From the IMG/VR virus record IMGVR_UViG_3300049202_000013, positions 1-44,338 of that record: a stretch of DNA of 44,338 nt; one strand, written 5' to 3'. Both the position numbers and the translations under genes were made by a program. Each line of letters opens with the position of its first letter. Positions within the stretch are counted from its first letter, which is position 1. Shown piece after piece: positions 35,354-43,543 of this stretch. The notes under the pieces are model-generated. The model did no database searches. It had not been told where the DNA came from and saw only the letters and a program-made list of their open reading frames with translations. Source of the stretch: a virus. Lineage: Duplodnaviria > Caudoviricetes.

Positions 35354-35974
35354 TCAAACGGGGTAAACGGGTTTTGCTTTAAGGTCTTTCAGCTTTTGCC
35401 GATAGGTTTTTGTTATCTCCTGAAAATCCTCGATGCGATAACGTTTTGGCTTGTGGTCGCCTTCGAGCCATGCAACCTTTTCCTCACCAATGCGCATCAG
35501 TAGGCCGATTCGGTAATTAACGACATTGCCGGTCAGGTAGCGATTGCAGCGCTTGCACTGCTTGTGGCAATTCAGCTCTTCGAATCGCAGCTCAGGATTG
35601 GCTCCCACCGATCGATAGTGTCCGCAGTCGTAATCCCCTCCTCTGGTCATCGGCGTGAAGTCGCCGCAGGAGATGCAAGGAATATCTCGATCGCGCTCGC
35701 GGATGTAGGCGTTAAAGGCTTTCTGCGCATCTTTGCGCCAATCGGATAAGGTTTTGATCGATAGCTTTAGGCTGCGCAGATCGCGGCGTTCTTTCTTGGC
35801 GGCCGCTTTGCGCTTACGCTCTAGAATCTTCGCGCCACTTTCGTTGCCAGATTTAATTGCGCACGGGAGAGAGCAAACACTTTGCAGCGGCATGGATGGC
35901 TGAAAGCTCGAATTGCAGATATGGCAAACTTTCGACGCGATGACATGGCGCTGTTTTTTGCGCTGCTCAAGCAT
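35354..35974 (-). CDS. ninG: NinG/Rap recombination endonuclease
   Basis: AQKAFNAYIRERD..PCISC..DCGHYRS.G..LRF.E.NCHKQC..CN. Confidence 0.92.
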   Translation of the reverse strand: MLEQRKKQRHVIASKVCHICNSSFQPSMPLQSVCSLPCAIKSGNESGAKILERKRKAAAKKERRDLRSLKLSIKTLSDWRKDAQKAFNAYIRERDRDIPCISCGDFTPMTRGGDYDCGHYRSVGANPELRFEELNCHKQCKRCNRYLTGNVVNYRIGLLMRIGEEKVAWLEGDHKPKRYRIEDFQEITKTYRQKLKDLKAKPVYPV

Positions 35975-36401
35975 ATTGAGCCTCTTTGTATTTTTGATAT
36001 TCAGAGTCGGCCGGCATCGACAATCGAATATTTCGCTCGGCGCACCAAGATTCCACCCACTGCAAAAATTCGTGCATCTTGCCTTTGTCGAATTTGCTTG
36101 ATCGAGGGACGCGAAGAACCTCAACGGTCCCGACTAAAACAACTTCGTGGCCGTAGCGCTCAACCAAAAGCCGGTCGTGCAGGTCTTGATCGTCAAATGG
36201 TCCTAGGCCGGTTTTGGCGCTGATCTGGTCGGCTATTTCCTTGTACCAAATCCAGCTCAGTGCGTTTTGCGATAGCGTTCTGGAGTCCTTCCACGGCTTG
36301 TATTCAATGCGCCATCCGGTAGCAGGAAAGTTTTCGGACAAAAACCGAAAGCACTGCTGTAGCTGCTCTGCGGTTTGTGCTCGCCAGTATTGACCGCTCA
36401 C
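35967..36401 (-). CDS. ninB: NinB/YbcN-like recombination protein
   Basis: RTLSQNAL.W.W...IA, SSK....M..FL..VE. Confidence 0.75.
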   Translation of the reverse strand: MSGQYWRAQTAEQLQQCFRFLSENFPATGWRIEYKPWKDSRTLSQNALSWIWYKEIADQISAKTGLGPFDDQDLHDRLLVERYGHEVVLVGTVEVLRVPRSSKFDKGKMHEFLQWVESWCAERNIRLSMPADSEYQKYKEAQYA

Positions 36402-36889
36402 GGCTGTGGTTCCTGCAACTCACCGCGATCATTCACTGAAACGTAATCGCGGTAATACGTTTTGCGTGCCGGTTGACCGGTCATAAATCCCCAGCGATTG
36501 CGACGACGCCCCATGATGAACAACGTCCAGACACCGCCATTCGAAACGCTATGGATGCGATGCAGGGTTTCAGCGGTATTGCCACGCGTCATGCCTTCGT
36601 CGCGCCGCCATAGGCCGCCAAACACATCCTCTTCGAGATATGCGCCACGCAAAATAATCGTTCGCCAATTCCATGGATGATCATGCAAATACGGATCAGC
36701 GTCGGGGCGCTTGATGTGGTGAATTCGCACTGAAAACGGCAAGCCCCAAGAGAGCGGAATCAGCCAATACCGCAGCATGTAATCGCCGATGTGCAGATAC
36801 GGACGGCGCATGGCAATACGAATCAGGAACGCGGCTACGGCTGGTCTTGCGCAAAAGCGCGCAATGAGCTTCCAGATTTTCTCGTTCAC
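36398..36889 (-). CDS. Cupin-like hypothetical phage protein
   Basis: HH...D.D..LHDHPW..IL.G.Y.E...HRI...WTLF..WGF. Confidence 0.65.
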   Translation of the reverse strand: MNEKIWKLIARFCARPAVAAFLIRIAMRRPYLHIGDYMLRYWLIPLSWGLPFSVRIHHIKRPDADPYLHDHPWNWRTIILRGAYLEEDVFGGLWRRDEGMTRGNTAETLHRIHSVSNGGVWTLFIMGRRRNRWGFMTGQPARKTYYRDYVSVNDRGELQEPQP

Positions 36890-37104
36890 GCCCGCACCCT
36901 CACGCACTCAACCGGCCGCTTAGTAATCGGCGATAGCTTCGAGCCTTGCACCGTGACCTTGCCTGCATGGATTAACTCAGCCACTCGCGCAGCCACTTCG
37001 CCGCATTCGAGATTTAACCGCTGTGCAATCTCACGACGTGTGAACGATCCGCGACGCTTGAGCAGCGAATAGATTTTTGCGGTGTTGGTTCTGGTTAGGC
37101 TCAT
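36886..37104 (-). CDS. Winged-helix DNA-binding protein
   Basis: TRREIAQRL..V.ARV.EL..G. Confidence 0.7.
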   Translation of the reverse strand: MSLTRTNTAKIYSLLKRRGSFTRREIAQRLNLECGEVAARVAELIHAGKVTVQGSKLSPITKRPVECVRVRA

Positions 37105-37265
37105 TTGAAGAAACCTCCCATGTAGACAATGAATGCGAGAATGCCCCATGAAATTGCCGACCAAATGAAGCTATATGGGTACTCTTTTGGCTTGCCGTCT
37201 AGTGCGAGCGCGTGACCAACTTCAGCAGCCGCCAGTAAAATAAAAACAACCTGCGGCCAACTCAT
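37101..37265 (-). CDS. Small membrane protein (54 aa, MSWPQVVFI...GGFFK)
   Basis: Read by hand; two TM helices, ATGA coupling on both sides. Confidence 0.6.
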   Translation of the reverse strand: MSWPQVVFILLAAAEVGHALALDGKPKEYPYSFIWSAISWGILAFIVYMGGFFK

Positions 37266-37693
37266 GCTGCACCCCGCTTGTATGCGTCCAAATCGTTGAT
37301 GTGGAATTTTCGAACTCGGTGCTTGCCTGTTGTGTACTTCGGCGCCTTACCCATCGCACACAGCTTTTCCAGATCCGCTAGCGAGATCCCCAAATGCTGT
37401 GCTGCCGCAGTAACGCCAAGCTCCGACGACTGACGCATAACCGCTCTCGCCTTGCGTGCATTGCGACGATTGCGCGTCAGGGTGGTATCAGCCATCTTGT
37501 GGTTGATCAGGAAATTGCGCGGATCAGGGCATTCGCCAGATAAGCCGGTAGGCACCTCAGTGATTCGCCCACCACTCGCGATAAACGCCTCGACCTGCGA
37601 TTGCAATTCCTTGCTCGCTGCACGCTTGATGCTTGTCGGCGGCAACGGCTGGTCCATCATGTGGCGGAAAATATCTTCTCGTTCTAGGATCAT
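37262..37693 (-). CDS. SutA-like RNAP-binding domain fused to an excisionase-type HTH
   Basis: LQSQVEAFIASGGRITEV; C-terminal AAQHLGIS HTH. Confidence 0.6.
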   Translation of the reverse strand: MILEREDIFRHMMDQPLPPTSIKRAASKELQSQVEAFIASGGRITEVPTGLSGECPDPRNFLINHKMADTTLTRNRRNARKARAVMRQSSELGVTAAAQHLGISLADLEKLCAMGKAPKYTTGKHRVRKFHINDLDAYKRGAA

Positions 37694-38181
37694 GATTGGC
37701 TCCCAAAGAGTGATTTCATGTTCGCGATTTCTCGTTTCGCTGTTTCGCGCCGACGCTCTTTCGCCGTCAGGTCTGGCAATCTGCGGTGGTCATAACCAAG
37801 CGCTTCACGCACCGATTGAGATTGGTTGCGGTGCTCCCAGCTCACATCGTTTTCCCCGGTACAAAGCTTGCGAAACTCTGGTGCGCTTGGCGGCCAGTCA
37901 AAACCGTGTTTAACCAGCTCAGCCATGCCGAACCTAATCTGCTCGGCTGAAATCCCCCTCAAGCACGCTGCCCAAACGTTCCCCGGGTCGACCTGATCCC
38001 CGAAGTTGCTCGTCCACTTGTGGCCAAACATTCGGCCCATTAGCAACCAGAGGTTCTCGATGTGATCGCGTTGCAGCAGCCTCGCGTTCAGCGCGGTCTC
38101 GCGCGATGTTTGCAGCGATTCGACCCGCTGCTGAATTGTCCCGTTGCTGATTGCCGTTGCTACCGAATTCAGTTTTTGCAT
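37690..38181 (-). CDS. Replication protein P-like (helicase loader)
   Basis: W.S.FG..W...L.G....QI..G..WPPSAPEFRKLC; follows the initiator. Confidence 0.75.
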   Translation of the reverse strand: MQKLNSVATAISNGTIQQRVESLQTSRETALNARLLQRDHIENLWLLMGRMFGHKWTSNFGDQVDPGNVWAACLRGISAEQIRFGMAELVKHGFDWPPSAPEFRKLCTGENDVSWEHRNQSQSVREALGYDHRRLPDLTAKERRRETAKREIANMKSLFGSQS

Positions 38182-38968
38182 TGCCGTTCACCATCGGGCG
38201 ATTGAAAGTTATTGCGTTCGTGTACCAGTTGCGCCAACAAGCATCCCAGCAAGCCATCGGCTTACCGTTTGCGGTGAAGTGATTAATAAATTTTTGAAAC
38301 TCGCCAGCTGGATCGAGATCAGGGCGGTTTTTAGACTTCCAGTATTCGGTCGCGAGAGTTACTCGCTCTGCGGTCAAATCGAAATCAGGGGGCAGTCGCG
38401 TTTTACGTTTTTGCTTTGGCGGTGAATCGGAAGATTCGCCAAAAAGGTTTTGATCTTGAGACGGAGTAAGAGACGGAGTAAGAGACGGAGTAAGAGACGG
38501 AGCACTGCTAGTTTCTGCTGCGTGCATGCTGTCGTCATGCTGGTCGCTTGCTGGATTTATGCTAGTAGCATGCTGCTTGTTATATTCCGGCATGAGTTCA
38601 GCAGCTTTTTCTTTGCCGTGATGTTTAACGAGTGCGTTCCATTTGGCTTTTTGACTGCGGGCTTCAGAACCAAAGGCCCACGGATTATGTTCAGCCCAAT
38701 CGTGGATGACGTAGGCACCATCTTCGCCATCCAAAAAGCCGACCTCGACTAGCGCCGCGACAAATTCACCTTCATCGCCTTGCCAATCTGCCGCTAGCTC
38801 GATGTCCTCATTGGTCATTCCGGTTAAGTCGCCATCTGATCGATTTGAGGCAACCCAAAGAAATAGGCAGATCAATCGCCAAGCGGCGCCATCGCCGTGA
38901 CGACGGATTAATTTTTTGGTTTTTGGATGTGTTGGTAGGCCGGTAGCAATTCGCGCATCAGTTGCCAT
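37934..38968 (-). CDS. Replication initiator (O-like)
   Basis: HPKTKKL N-terminal domain, IHDW..HN, low-complexity linker, C-terminal F..HF....W.A.WRNW domain. Confidence 0.8.
   Translation of the reverse strand: MATDARIATGLPTHPKTKKLIRRHGDGAAWRLICLFLWVASNRSDGDLTGMTNEDIELAADWQGDEGEFVAALVEVGFLDGEDGAYVIHDWAEHNPWAFGSEARSQKAKWNALVKHHGKEKAAELMPEYNKQHATSINPASDQHDDSMHAAETSSAPSLTPSLTPSLTPSQDQNLFGESSDSPPKQKRKTRLPPDFDLTAERVTLATEYWKSKNRPDLDPAGEFQKFINHFTANGKPMACWDACWRNWYTNAITFNRPMVNGNAKTEFGSNGNQQRDNSAAGRIAANIARDRAEREAAATRSHREPLVANGPNVWPQVDEQLRGSGRPGERLGSVLEGDFSRAD
38458..38502. repeat. 12 bp tandem repeat (GAGACGGAGTAA x3.75) next to the likely origin
   Basis: Directly visible; encodes PSLT repeats; degenerate (C/T)ATGCT units follow at 38501-38580. 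Confidence 0.85.
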
Positions 38969-39013
38969 GACTGACCACCATTATCTCTTCGCCGGCTTTA
39001 AACTTTTTCCGAC

Positions 39014-39559
39014 TCATATGGTGCACCCGGCGTGTATATCTCTCTTTTTTAAGAGATATGCCTGATGGGCCAACTCTGGATTAGAAAAATATCCGATAAG
39101 AATCGTCTCTCTGCCAAGCCGTATCTGGGCCTTGTAACTTTTTCTGCTCTTGCTCCAAGAGACGCCTAAAAATCCAGATCTGTTGTGGGCTTGTGCGATC
39201 CTTTGGTTTTGCTGATTTATTGAATTATTTGCATCCCTGAGATTGTCTATTTTGTTATTTGATGGATTGCCATCGATATGATCAATTAAATCTGTCGGCC
39301 AAAAGCCTTTGCACATTGCAAAAATAATTCTGTGCGTCTTGTAATATTTTCCACTGATGCGGACTTTTGATCTGCCATCAGCATCAAAGCTTCCAGCAAC
39401 TACACCAGAAAATCGCTTATTCCAAATCTTCCATGCGCGAATATTAGAAAATTCCGATATTTCTCTACTTCTCCAGATTAAATTGCCATTAACGGGCTCG
39501 TAGCTAAAAAGCTTATGCAATCTCTCAATTGGAATGGTTAGAGTTTCTAATCTGCCCAT
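39014..39559 (-). CDS. HNH homing endonuclease with AP2-like domain
   Basis: HR.I..IDHIDGNPSNNKIDNLR..N..N, SG..GV.W..Y.AQI..GYF..A..AY; low GC. Confidence 0.9.
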   Translation of the reverse strand: MGRLETLTIPIERLHKLFSYEPVNGNLIWRSREISEFSNIRAWKIWNKRFSGVVAGSFDADGRSKVRISGKYYKTHRIIFAMCKGFWPTDLIDHIDGNPSNNKIDNLRDANNSINQQNQRIAQAHNRSGFLGVSWSKSRKSYKAQIRLGRETILIGYFSNPELAHQAYLLKKRDIHAGCTI

Positions 39560-39635
39560 GCTATATTTCCTCTTGCAATGTATTGATTTGGCCCAGCCTT
39601 AACCGCTGGGCTTTTTCTTGCCTGCTAATTGGTGG

Positions 39636-39851
39636 TTACAACCACCCCATCCAATGCGCACCGACAACCATGCAGGCGCCGGTGATCGAGCTGCTGATTA
39701 CAAACAGCACCAGCGCAATAATTTTGTATATCGAATAAAGACGCGCCGCTTCGTATGGGTCATCCTCGCCATATCCAAAAGCACTCCGCTGCTCGTCCTC
39801 GAAAGTCATGCTGGATTCAATGTGATTGCGTTCGAGTTCTTCTGGTGACAT
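39636..39851 (-). CDS. Hypothetical membrane protein
   Basis: MSPEELERN... with C-terminal TM helix; GAGG RBS. Confidence 0.55.
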   Translation of the reverse strand: MSPEELERNHIESSMTFEDEQRSAFGYGEDDPYEAARLYSIYKIIALVLFVISSSITGACMVVGAHWMGWL

Positions 39852-39901
39852 GGTGATGGCCTCTCTATGTGCGAATTTTCCGATTCGCGATCGCCAATTT
39901 C

Positions 39902-40036
39902 TCAGCGTTGTTTTGCTAATGCCGCGTCTTCGCGAACCTTTCTGCACGGTGCGCAGTACCATGCGAGCGCTTGTATTTCGCGGTACGTCAGTTCATTGCC
40001 GCAGCGCTGGCAGGTTTGCACGGGGATTGAATTCAT
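39902..40036 (-). CDS. Small zinc-finger protein (44 aa, CQRC...CAPC)
   Basis: Read by hand; GGAGG RBS. Confidence 0.55.
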   Translation of the reverse strand: MNSIPVQTCQRCGNELTYREIQALAWYCAPCRKVREDAALAKQR

Positions 40037-40052
40037 TTATCGGACCCCTCCG

Positions 40053-40283
40053 TTACGCACCGGTACGGTCAAAATCAAATGATTTGAAATTCAGTGCTTC
40101 AACATCACCATTTCGTAACGCTTCGTTACGGATCACTTCGCGCGCGTCCGGGAACATCTGTTCAAAGCGGCCAACGAGCGCATCAACGGTTTCGCTGATG
40201 CCCATACCCATGTCTCTCGCCACCTCTTCCAGCTGGTCCTGCTCTCGCCGTGAAAGACCCTTATAAATGCCGATTTTTTTCAT
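40053..40283 (-). CDS. Putative ribbon-helix-helix protein
   Basis: L...E...LEEVA...G..ISE.V. Confidence 0.55.
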   Translation of the reverse strand: MKKIGIYKGLSRREQDQLEEVARDMGMGISETVDALVGRFEQMFPDAREVIRNEALRNGDVEALNFKSFDFDRTGA

Positions 40284-40319
40284 GGGGCTCTCAGTACCGG
40301 TTCATACCGGTTCAGTTCT

Positions 40320-40520
40320 TTAATGCTGGAATAGGACTGCGTAACCTTCCTTCTCAATGCGATCGAGCATGTATTGCAATGCGACGCGCTGAATAAACGC
40401 CTCGGATATTCGTACCGGTGCACGTTGAGCGATGGCCTCTAACCGCAGCTTTTCGCGCTCCGGTATTAGCGTCTTCGCCGTCGCGGTCAGCGCATCCTTT
40501 GTGGATACATAGTTGTGCAT
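40320..40520 (-). CDS. CII-position regulatory protein (RHH-like)
   Basis: MHNYV...ISEAFIQR; GGAG RBS; follows cro. Confidence 0.55.
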   Translation of the reverse strand: MHNYVSTKDALTATAKTLIPEREKLRLEAIAQRAPVRISEAFIQRVALQYMLDRIEKEGYAVLFQH

Positions 40521-40557
40521 TGCTTTCACTCCGTTTTGTTTGGAACTTGTTCGCCGT

Positions 40558-40800
40558 CTATGCGGCTTCGGTGTCTGGTTTGGGTTCTGTTGCGATTTCG
40601 GCCGGGAATACGTCTTCAACAGAGCAAGCGGCGCCGGCTTCATTGAGGACCTTGACGATTATTTGGGCGTCATGAACGTCAGGCGTCCTATCCCCGCGCT
40701 CATACCCAGACCAGCGGCTTTGGTACTTCCAGCCGGCCGAATCAGCGGCTTGCTGCTGAGTTAGCCCTGATAATTTTCGGTAATGCTCGATGCGATTCAT
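40558..40800 (-). CDS. cro: Cro-like XRE HTH regulator
   Basis: MNRI..YR...GLTQQQAA....QSRWSGYERGDRTP; divergent from cI. Confidence 0.85.
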   Translation of the reverse strand: MNRIEHYRKLSGLTQQQAADSAGWKYQSRWSGYERGDRTPDVHDAQIIVKVLNEAGAACSVEDVFPAEIATEPKPDTEAA

Positions 40801-40831
40801 TGACCCGCTCCAATCTGTTCGAACCAAAAAT

Positions 40832-40890
40832 AACGCGAAATGCGATATACGTCAACACAAATTGAGTTTATCGAAAACACAAATCGCGTT
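40832..40890. promoter_or_regulatory. OR: three 15 bp operators overlapping pR
   Basis: AACGC-N5-GCGAT (40832), AACAC-N5-GAGTT (40854), AACAC-N5-GCGTT (40876), 22 bp period; TTGACG-17-TATTTT on the - strand. Confidence 0.8.
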
Positions 40891-40903
40891 ATACGATCCA
40901 GGA

Positions 40904-41518
40904 ATGGAAACGGTCGGCGAACGAATTTTAAGGGCACGAAAAGCGAGAGACTGGACGCAAGACGATCTTGCGGCCGCTTGCGGATGGGACTATCAAAGTC
41001 GCGTCAATGGGTATGAGAAAAACCGTCGCGAACCCAAAGTTGAGGACTTTATTACACTTGCCACAGCGTTGGGTGTGAGTCCGTGCTGGCTGGCGTTCGG
41101 CGACGGCGCCGAGCCAACTATCCTTGAGATGCAAGTCAAAGATTTGGCAGGAAAAATAACATCAGCTGAATGGCAGTTATTGGTCGAGCGCGCGGAGTTT
41201 CTTGTCGCAGGACGCACCGCTCATATAAATACAGGCGTTTCGCTGACCCAGCCCCCTGCATTGCCCGCTACGCCGAACCTAAGCATTACCGACGCCCCGG
41301 GAGTTGAGCAGGCCAGCGCAGAACACGATCAGTTATTAGGGATTGACCAAGTGAAGGCCGATGCCGAGCATCACGTCGGCACTCTCAAGTCATACACGCA
41401 GCAGCGGGCACAAGAGCGCAAAGCCGAGCGCGATCGCAAGAGGCGCGAGGATCAAGCCAAAACCGATAAGAAGGTTGAGGGCGATGGGAATGAGCCGGAT
41501 GACGGCGGCTCGGCTTGA
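40904..41518 (+). CDS. cI: CI-like repressor (XRE HTH) with no recognisable S24 peptidase domain
   Basis: GERI..AR....TQ..LA...QSRV.GYE...REP...LA.ALGVSP.WL.FG; low-complexity charged C-terminus. Confidence 0.85.
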   Translation: METVGERILRARKARDWTQDDLAAACGWDYQSRVNGYEKNRREPKVEDFITLATALGVSPCWLAFGDGAEPTILEMQVKDLAGKITSAEWQLLVERAEFLVAGRTAHINTGVSLTQPPALPATPNLSITDAPGVEQASAEHDQLLGIDQVKADAEHHVGTLKSYTQQRAQERKAERDRKRREDQAKTDKKVEGDGNEPDDGGSA

Positions 41519-41621
41519 CCCATATTAAAGTTTCTTGATTTCCCGCCGACTTGTATATACAGTCCGCACCCCAATTGCTATTGTTAATTCAAAGCGCCAC
41601 AGAAGGCGCATGGACAATTCC

Positions 41622-41921
41622 ATGAAGCTGGATATTTCTCGGGATATACGCGAAAAACTTCTTACAAAGCACAACGTTACTGAAGAAGACATTATTCAGT
41701 GTTTTAGTAACGACTATGGCTTAGGGCTTCTCTATGACGATCGCGAGGATCATAAAACCGATCCACGTACACAATGGTTCATTGGTGAAACTGACTTTGG
41801 CCGCCGACTTAAAGTCGCTTTTGTGTTTGACGGGCATAGAATTTGTATTAAAACAGCATATCCCCCGAATGCTGAGGAAGAGCGTATATACGCAAAGTTC
41901 GCCAAAAGAGCGAACCATTAA
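41622..41921 (+). CDS. BrnT/RelE-fold toxin-like protein
   Basis: KL..KH.VT..I..CF...WFIGET..GR.LKV.F...IKTAY; paired with an RHH gene. Confidence 0.7.
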   Translation: MKLDISRDIREKLLTKHNVTEEDIIQCFSNDYGLGLLYDDREDHKTDPRTQWFIGETDFGRRLKVAFVFDGHRICIKTAYPPNAEEERIYAKFAKRANH

Positions 41922-41954
41922 CCAATAGTGGATCGAATTAACGAGGACAAACTT

Positions 41955-42284
41955 ATGAACAAGGCACAAAAGATCGAAGGTTCCAGTGAAAATTGGGAAA
42001 ACGGTGCGCTTGGTAATGATGAAAAGCACGCGCGCCTAGCCACTGATCTGGATGCCGGCGCAATGGACGAGGCGCTTGGTCTTCAAATGATTTCTATCAG
42101 GCTGCAAAAAGGCCTGATCGATGACCTGAAGCTCATCGCACAAATTCATGGACTCGGCTATCAACCACTCATCAAGCAGGCTCTTCGTCGTTTCGCTGAC
42201 TGCGAAATTAAGCGACTGCTCCGCGAGACCATAGATAACAAGCGAGTCGAGGATAGTGAGCCGGACGCGCGCCAGTGCGCATAG
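41955..42284 (+). CDS. BrnA/CopG-type RHH antitoxin
   Basis: ISIRL...LIDDLK.IA...GLGYQPLI...L. Confidence 0.75.
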   Translation: MNKAQKIEGSSENWENGALGNDEKHARLATDLDAGAMDEALGLQMISIRLQKGLIDDLKLIAQIHGLGYQPLIKQALRRFADCEIKRLLRETIDNKRVEDSEPDARQCA

Positions 42285-42303
42285 ATATCTGACTCACCAC
42301 GAA

Positions 42304-42327
42304 GGCCCGCCCAACGCGGGCTTTTTT
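42304..42327 (+). terminator. Intrinsic terminator between convergent genes
   Basis: GGCCCGC-CCAAC-GCGGGCT-TTTTT. Confidence 0.75.
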
Positions 42328-42616
42328 ACGCCTTCGGATTGTTCAACCACGCCCCCGTGCAATTCCCTCGAACATCGGTAAATACCGGCTCCTTCCCTGC
42401 CGCCGATACGATTTCGGCGCCCTCCGCTTCCCACGCCTGATTCCCCTTCGCCCGCCCCGCCGTAAAGCGCTTGCGCACAAACTTAAGCCGTAACACTACC
42501 TCAACCTCAATCGCGTCCTGATCGCTGCTATCGATCGGCGGCAGCGTATTGCGGGCCGCATTCTTGACCATATGCGGCAAGTGCATCATCAGGTCCTCAG
42601 GGCTCATCTCTAGCAT
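42326..42616 (-). CDS. Small SOS-regulated protein, candidate antirepressor
   Basis: ATG at 42616 with AGGTG RBS, directly behind a LexA box. Confidence 0.6.
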   Translation of the reverse strand: MLEMSPEDLMMHLPHMVKNAARNTLPPIDSSDQDAIEVEVVLRLKFVRKRFTAGRAKGNQAWEAEGAEIVSAAGKEPVFTDVRGNCTGAWLNNPKA

Positions 42617-42625
42617 GTCGACCAC

Positions 42626-42641
42626 CTGTATAAATAAACAG
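42626..42641. promoter_or_regulatory. LexA (SOS) box
   Basis: CTGT-ATAAATAA-ACAG matches CTGT-N8-ACAG; extended -10 TGcTATCCT just upstream on the - strand. Confidence 0.85.
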
Positions 42642-42713
42642 TATTCAGGATAGCAAAAGTTATTGAAAATATTTTGCTACGATGCGACGAACGGCAACCG
42701 AGAGGGCAAATCA

Positions 42714-43052
42714 ATGGGCTGGTTTAAGCGAGACACTACGGAGAGACATGCGTTAGCGACCGTGTGCACTGTGTGCGGGGTTCACTTCACGCCGACTGTG
42801 GGGCTTGATAAGCGATGGAGCCATCTATGTCCGACATGCCGTAAAGAGCCAATGGAGATTGACCGCAAGAAGGATGTTGTTTTGGCGTGGGCGGGTAATA
42901 ACTGGGAGAGGTTGTACGAGCAGGCAGATAAAGAAACGAAGGAAAGTAAAGCTGATTTTAATAATGCCCTTAGCAAGCAAATGCAGGCATTTAGCCAAAA
43001 TCAAGCCTTTAGCGCGCTTGGATTAAACATGAGAAATGGTTCCATCGTATGA
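42714..43052 (+). CDS. Hypothetical zinc-binding protein
   Basis: ATG after GAGG; CTVC...CPTC. Confidence 0.6.
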   Translation: MGWFKRDTTERHALATVCTVCGVHFTPTVGLDKRWSHLCPTCRKEPMEIDRKKDVVLAWAGNNWERLYEQADKETKESKADFNNALSKQMQAFSQNQAFSALGLNMRNGSIV

Positions 43053-43157
43053 GCCGGAGCTGATCGTTTACGGCGTTACGTTTGGCCGCAAGCCGCGAAT
43101 CGTTACCGTTGCCGGAAAGGAGAGGGTATTTAGTATTTTGCAGTTTGAGTAGGCATT

Positions 43158-43184
43158 AAAAGCCCGCCCAGCGCGGGCTTTTTT
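43158..43184. terminator. Bidirectional intrinsic terminator
   Basis: AAAAGCCCGC-CCAGC-GCGGGCTTTTTT. Confidence 0.8.
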
Positions 43185-43374
43185 ATGTCTGCTGTAGTTG
43201 CCATATACAAGCGCCCGCACCAACTAGCACCTGCATGTCAGCAAGGTAATCATCTGAGAGCATATCGAGCCGCTCGATCATCATTACCAGCCCAGCCACA
43301 GCCTCTTCCGGTGATGGTGCCGTACCCAATCGCACCATCGCGGCCATTGCCTGCTTAATTTTTTCTCTGTCCAT
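43183..43374 (-). CDS. Small hypothetical protein
   Basis: MDREKIKQAM..., GAGGTG RBS. Confidence 0.55.
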   Translation of the reverse strand: MDREKIKQAMAAMVRLGTAPSPEEAVAGLVMMIERLDMLSDDYLADMQVLVGAGACIWQLQQT

Positions 43375-43543
43375 TGCGCCCACCTCGTCACCTTGCCCAA
43401 GCCTATCCCGCATCACCATCACGCGCCCGCCCTCTCCACACATTTCATTTCTGTAATTTATACAAAACAACCATTTACTAACTACTGTTAATAAATAAAC
43501 GGATTGACCGTTCGTCGGGATGGAGAATTTATTTTAAAAAAAT

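Noticed and set aside
10631-40800. Many 60-200 aa + strand ORFs in the track (for example 20784..21398, 22519..23097, 28890..29489)
   Set aside because: Antisense shadows of well-supported - strand genes, with no RBS or recognisable motifs
43451-43502. Second LexA box near pL
   Set aside because: CTGTAATTTATACAAA and CTGTTAATAAATAAACGG do not fit CTGT-N8-ACAG in spacing or half-site
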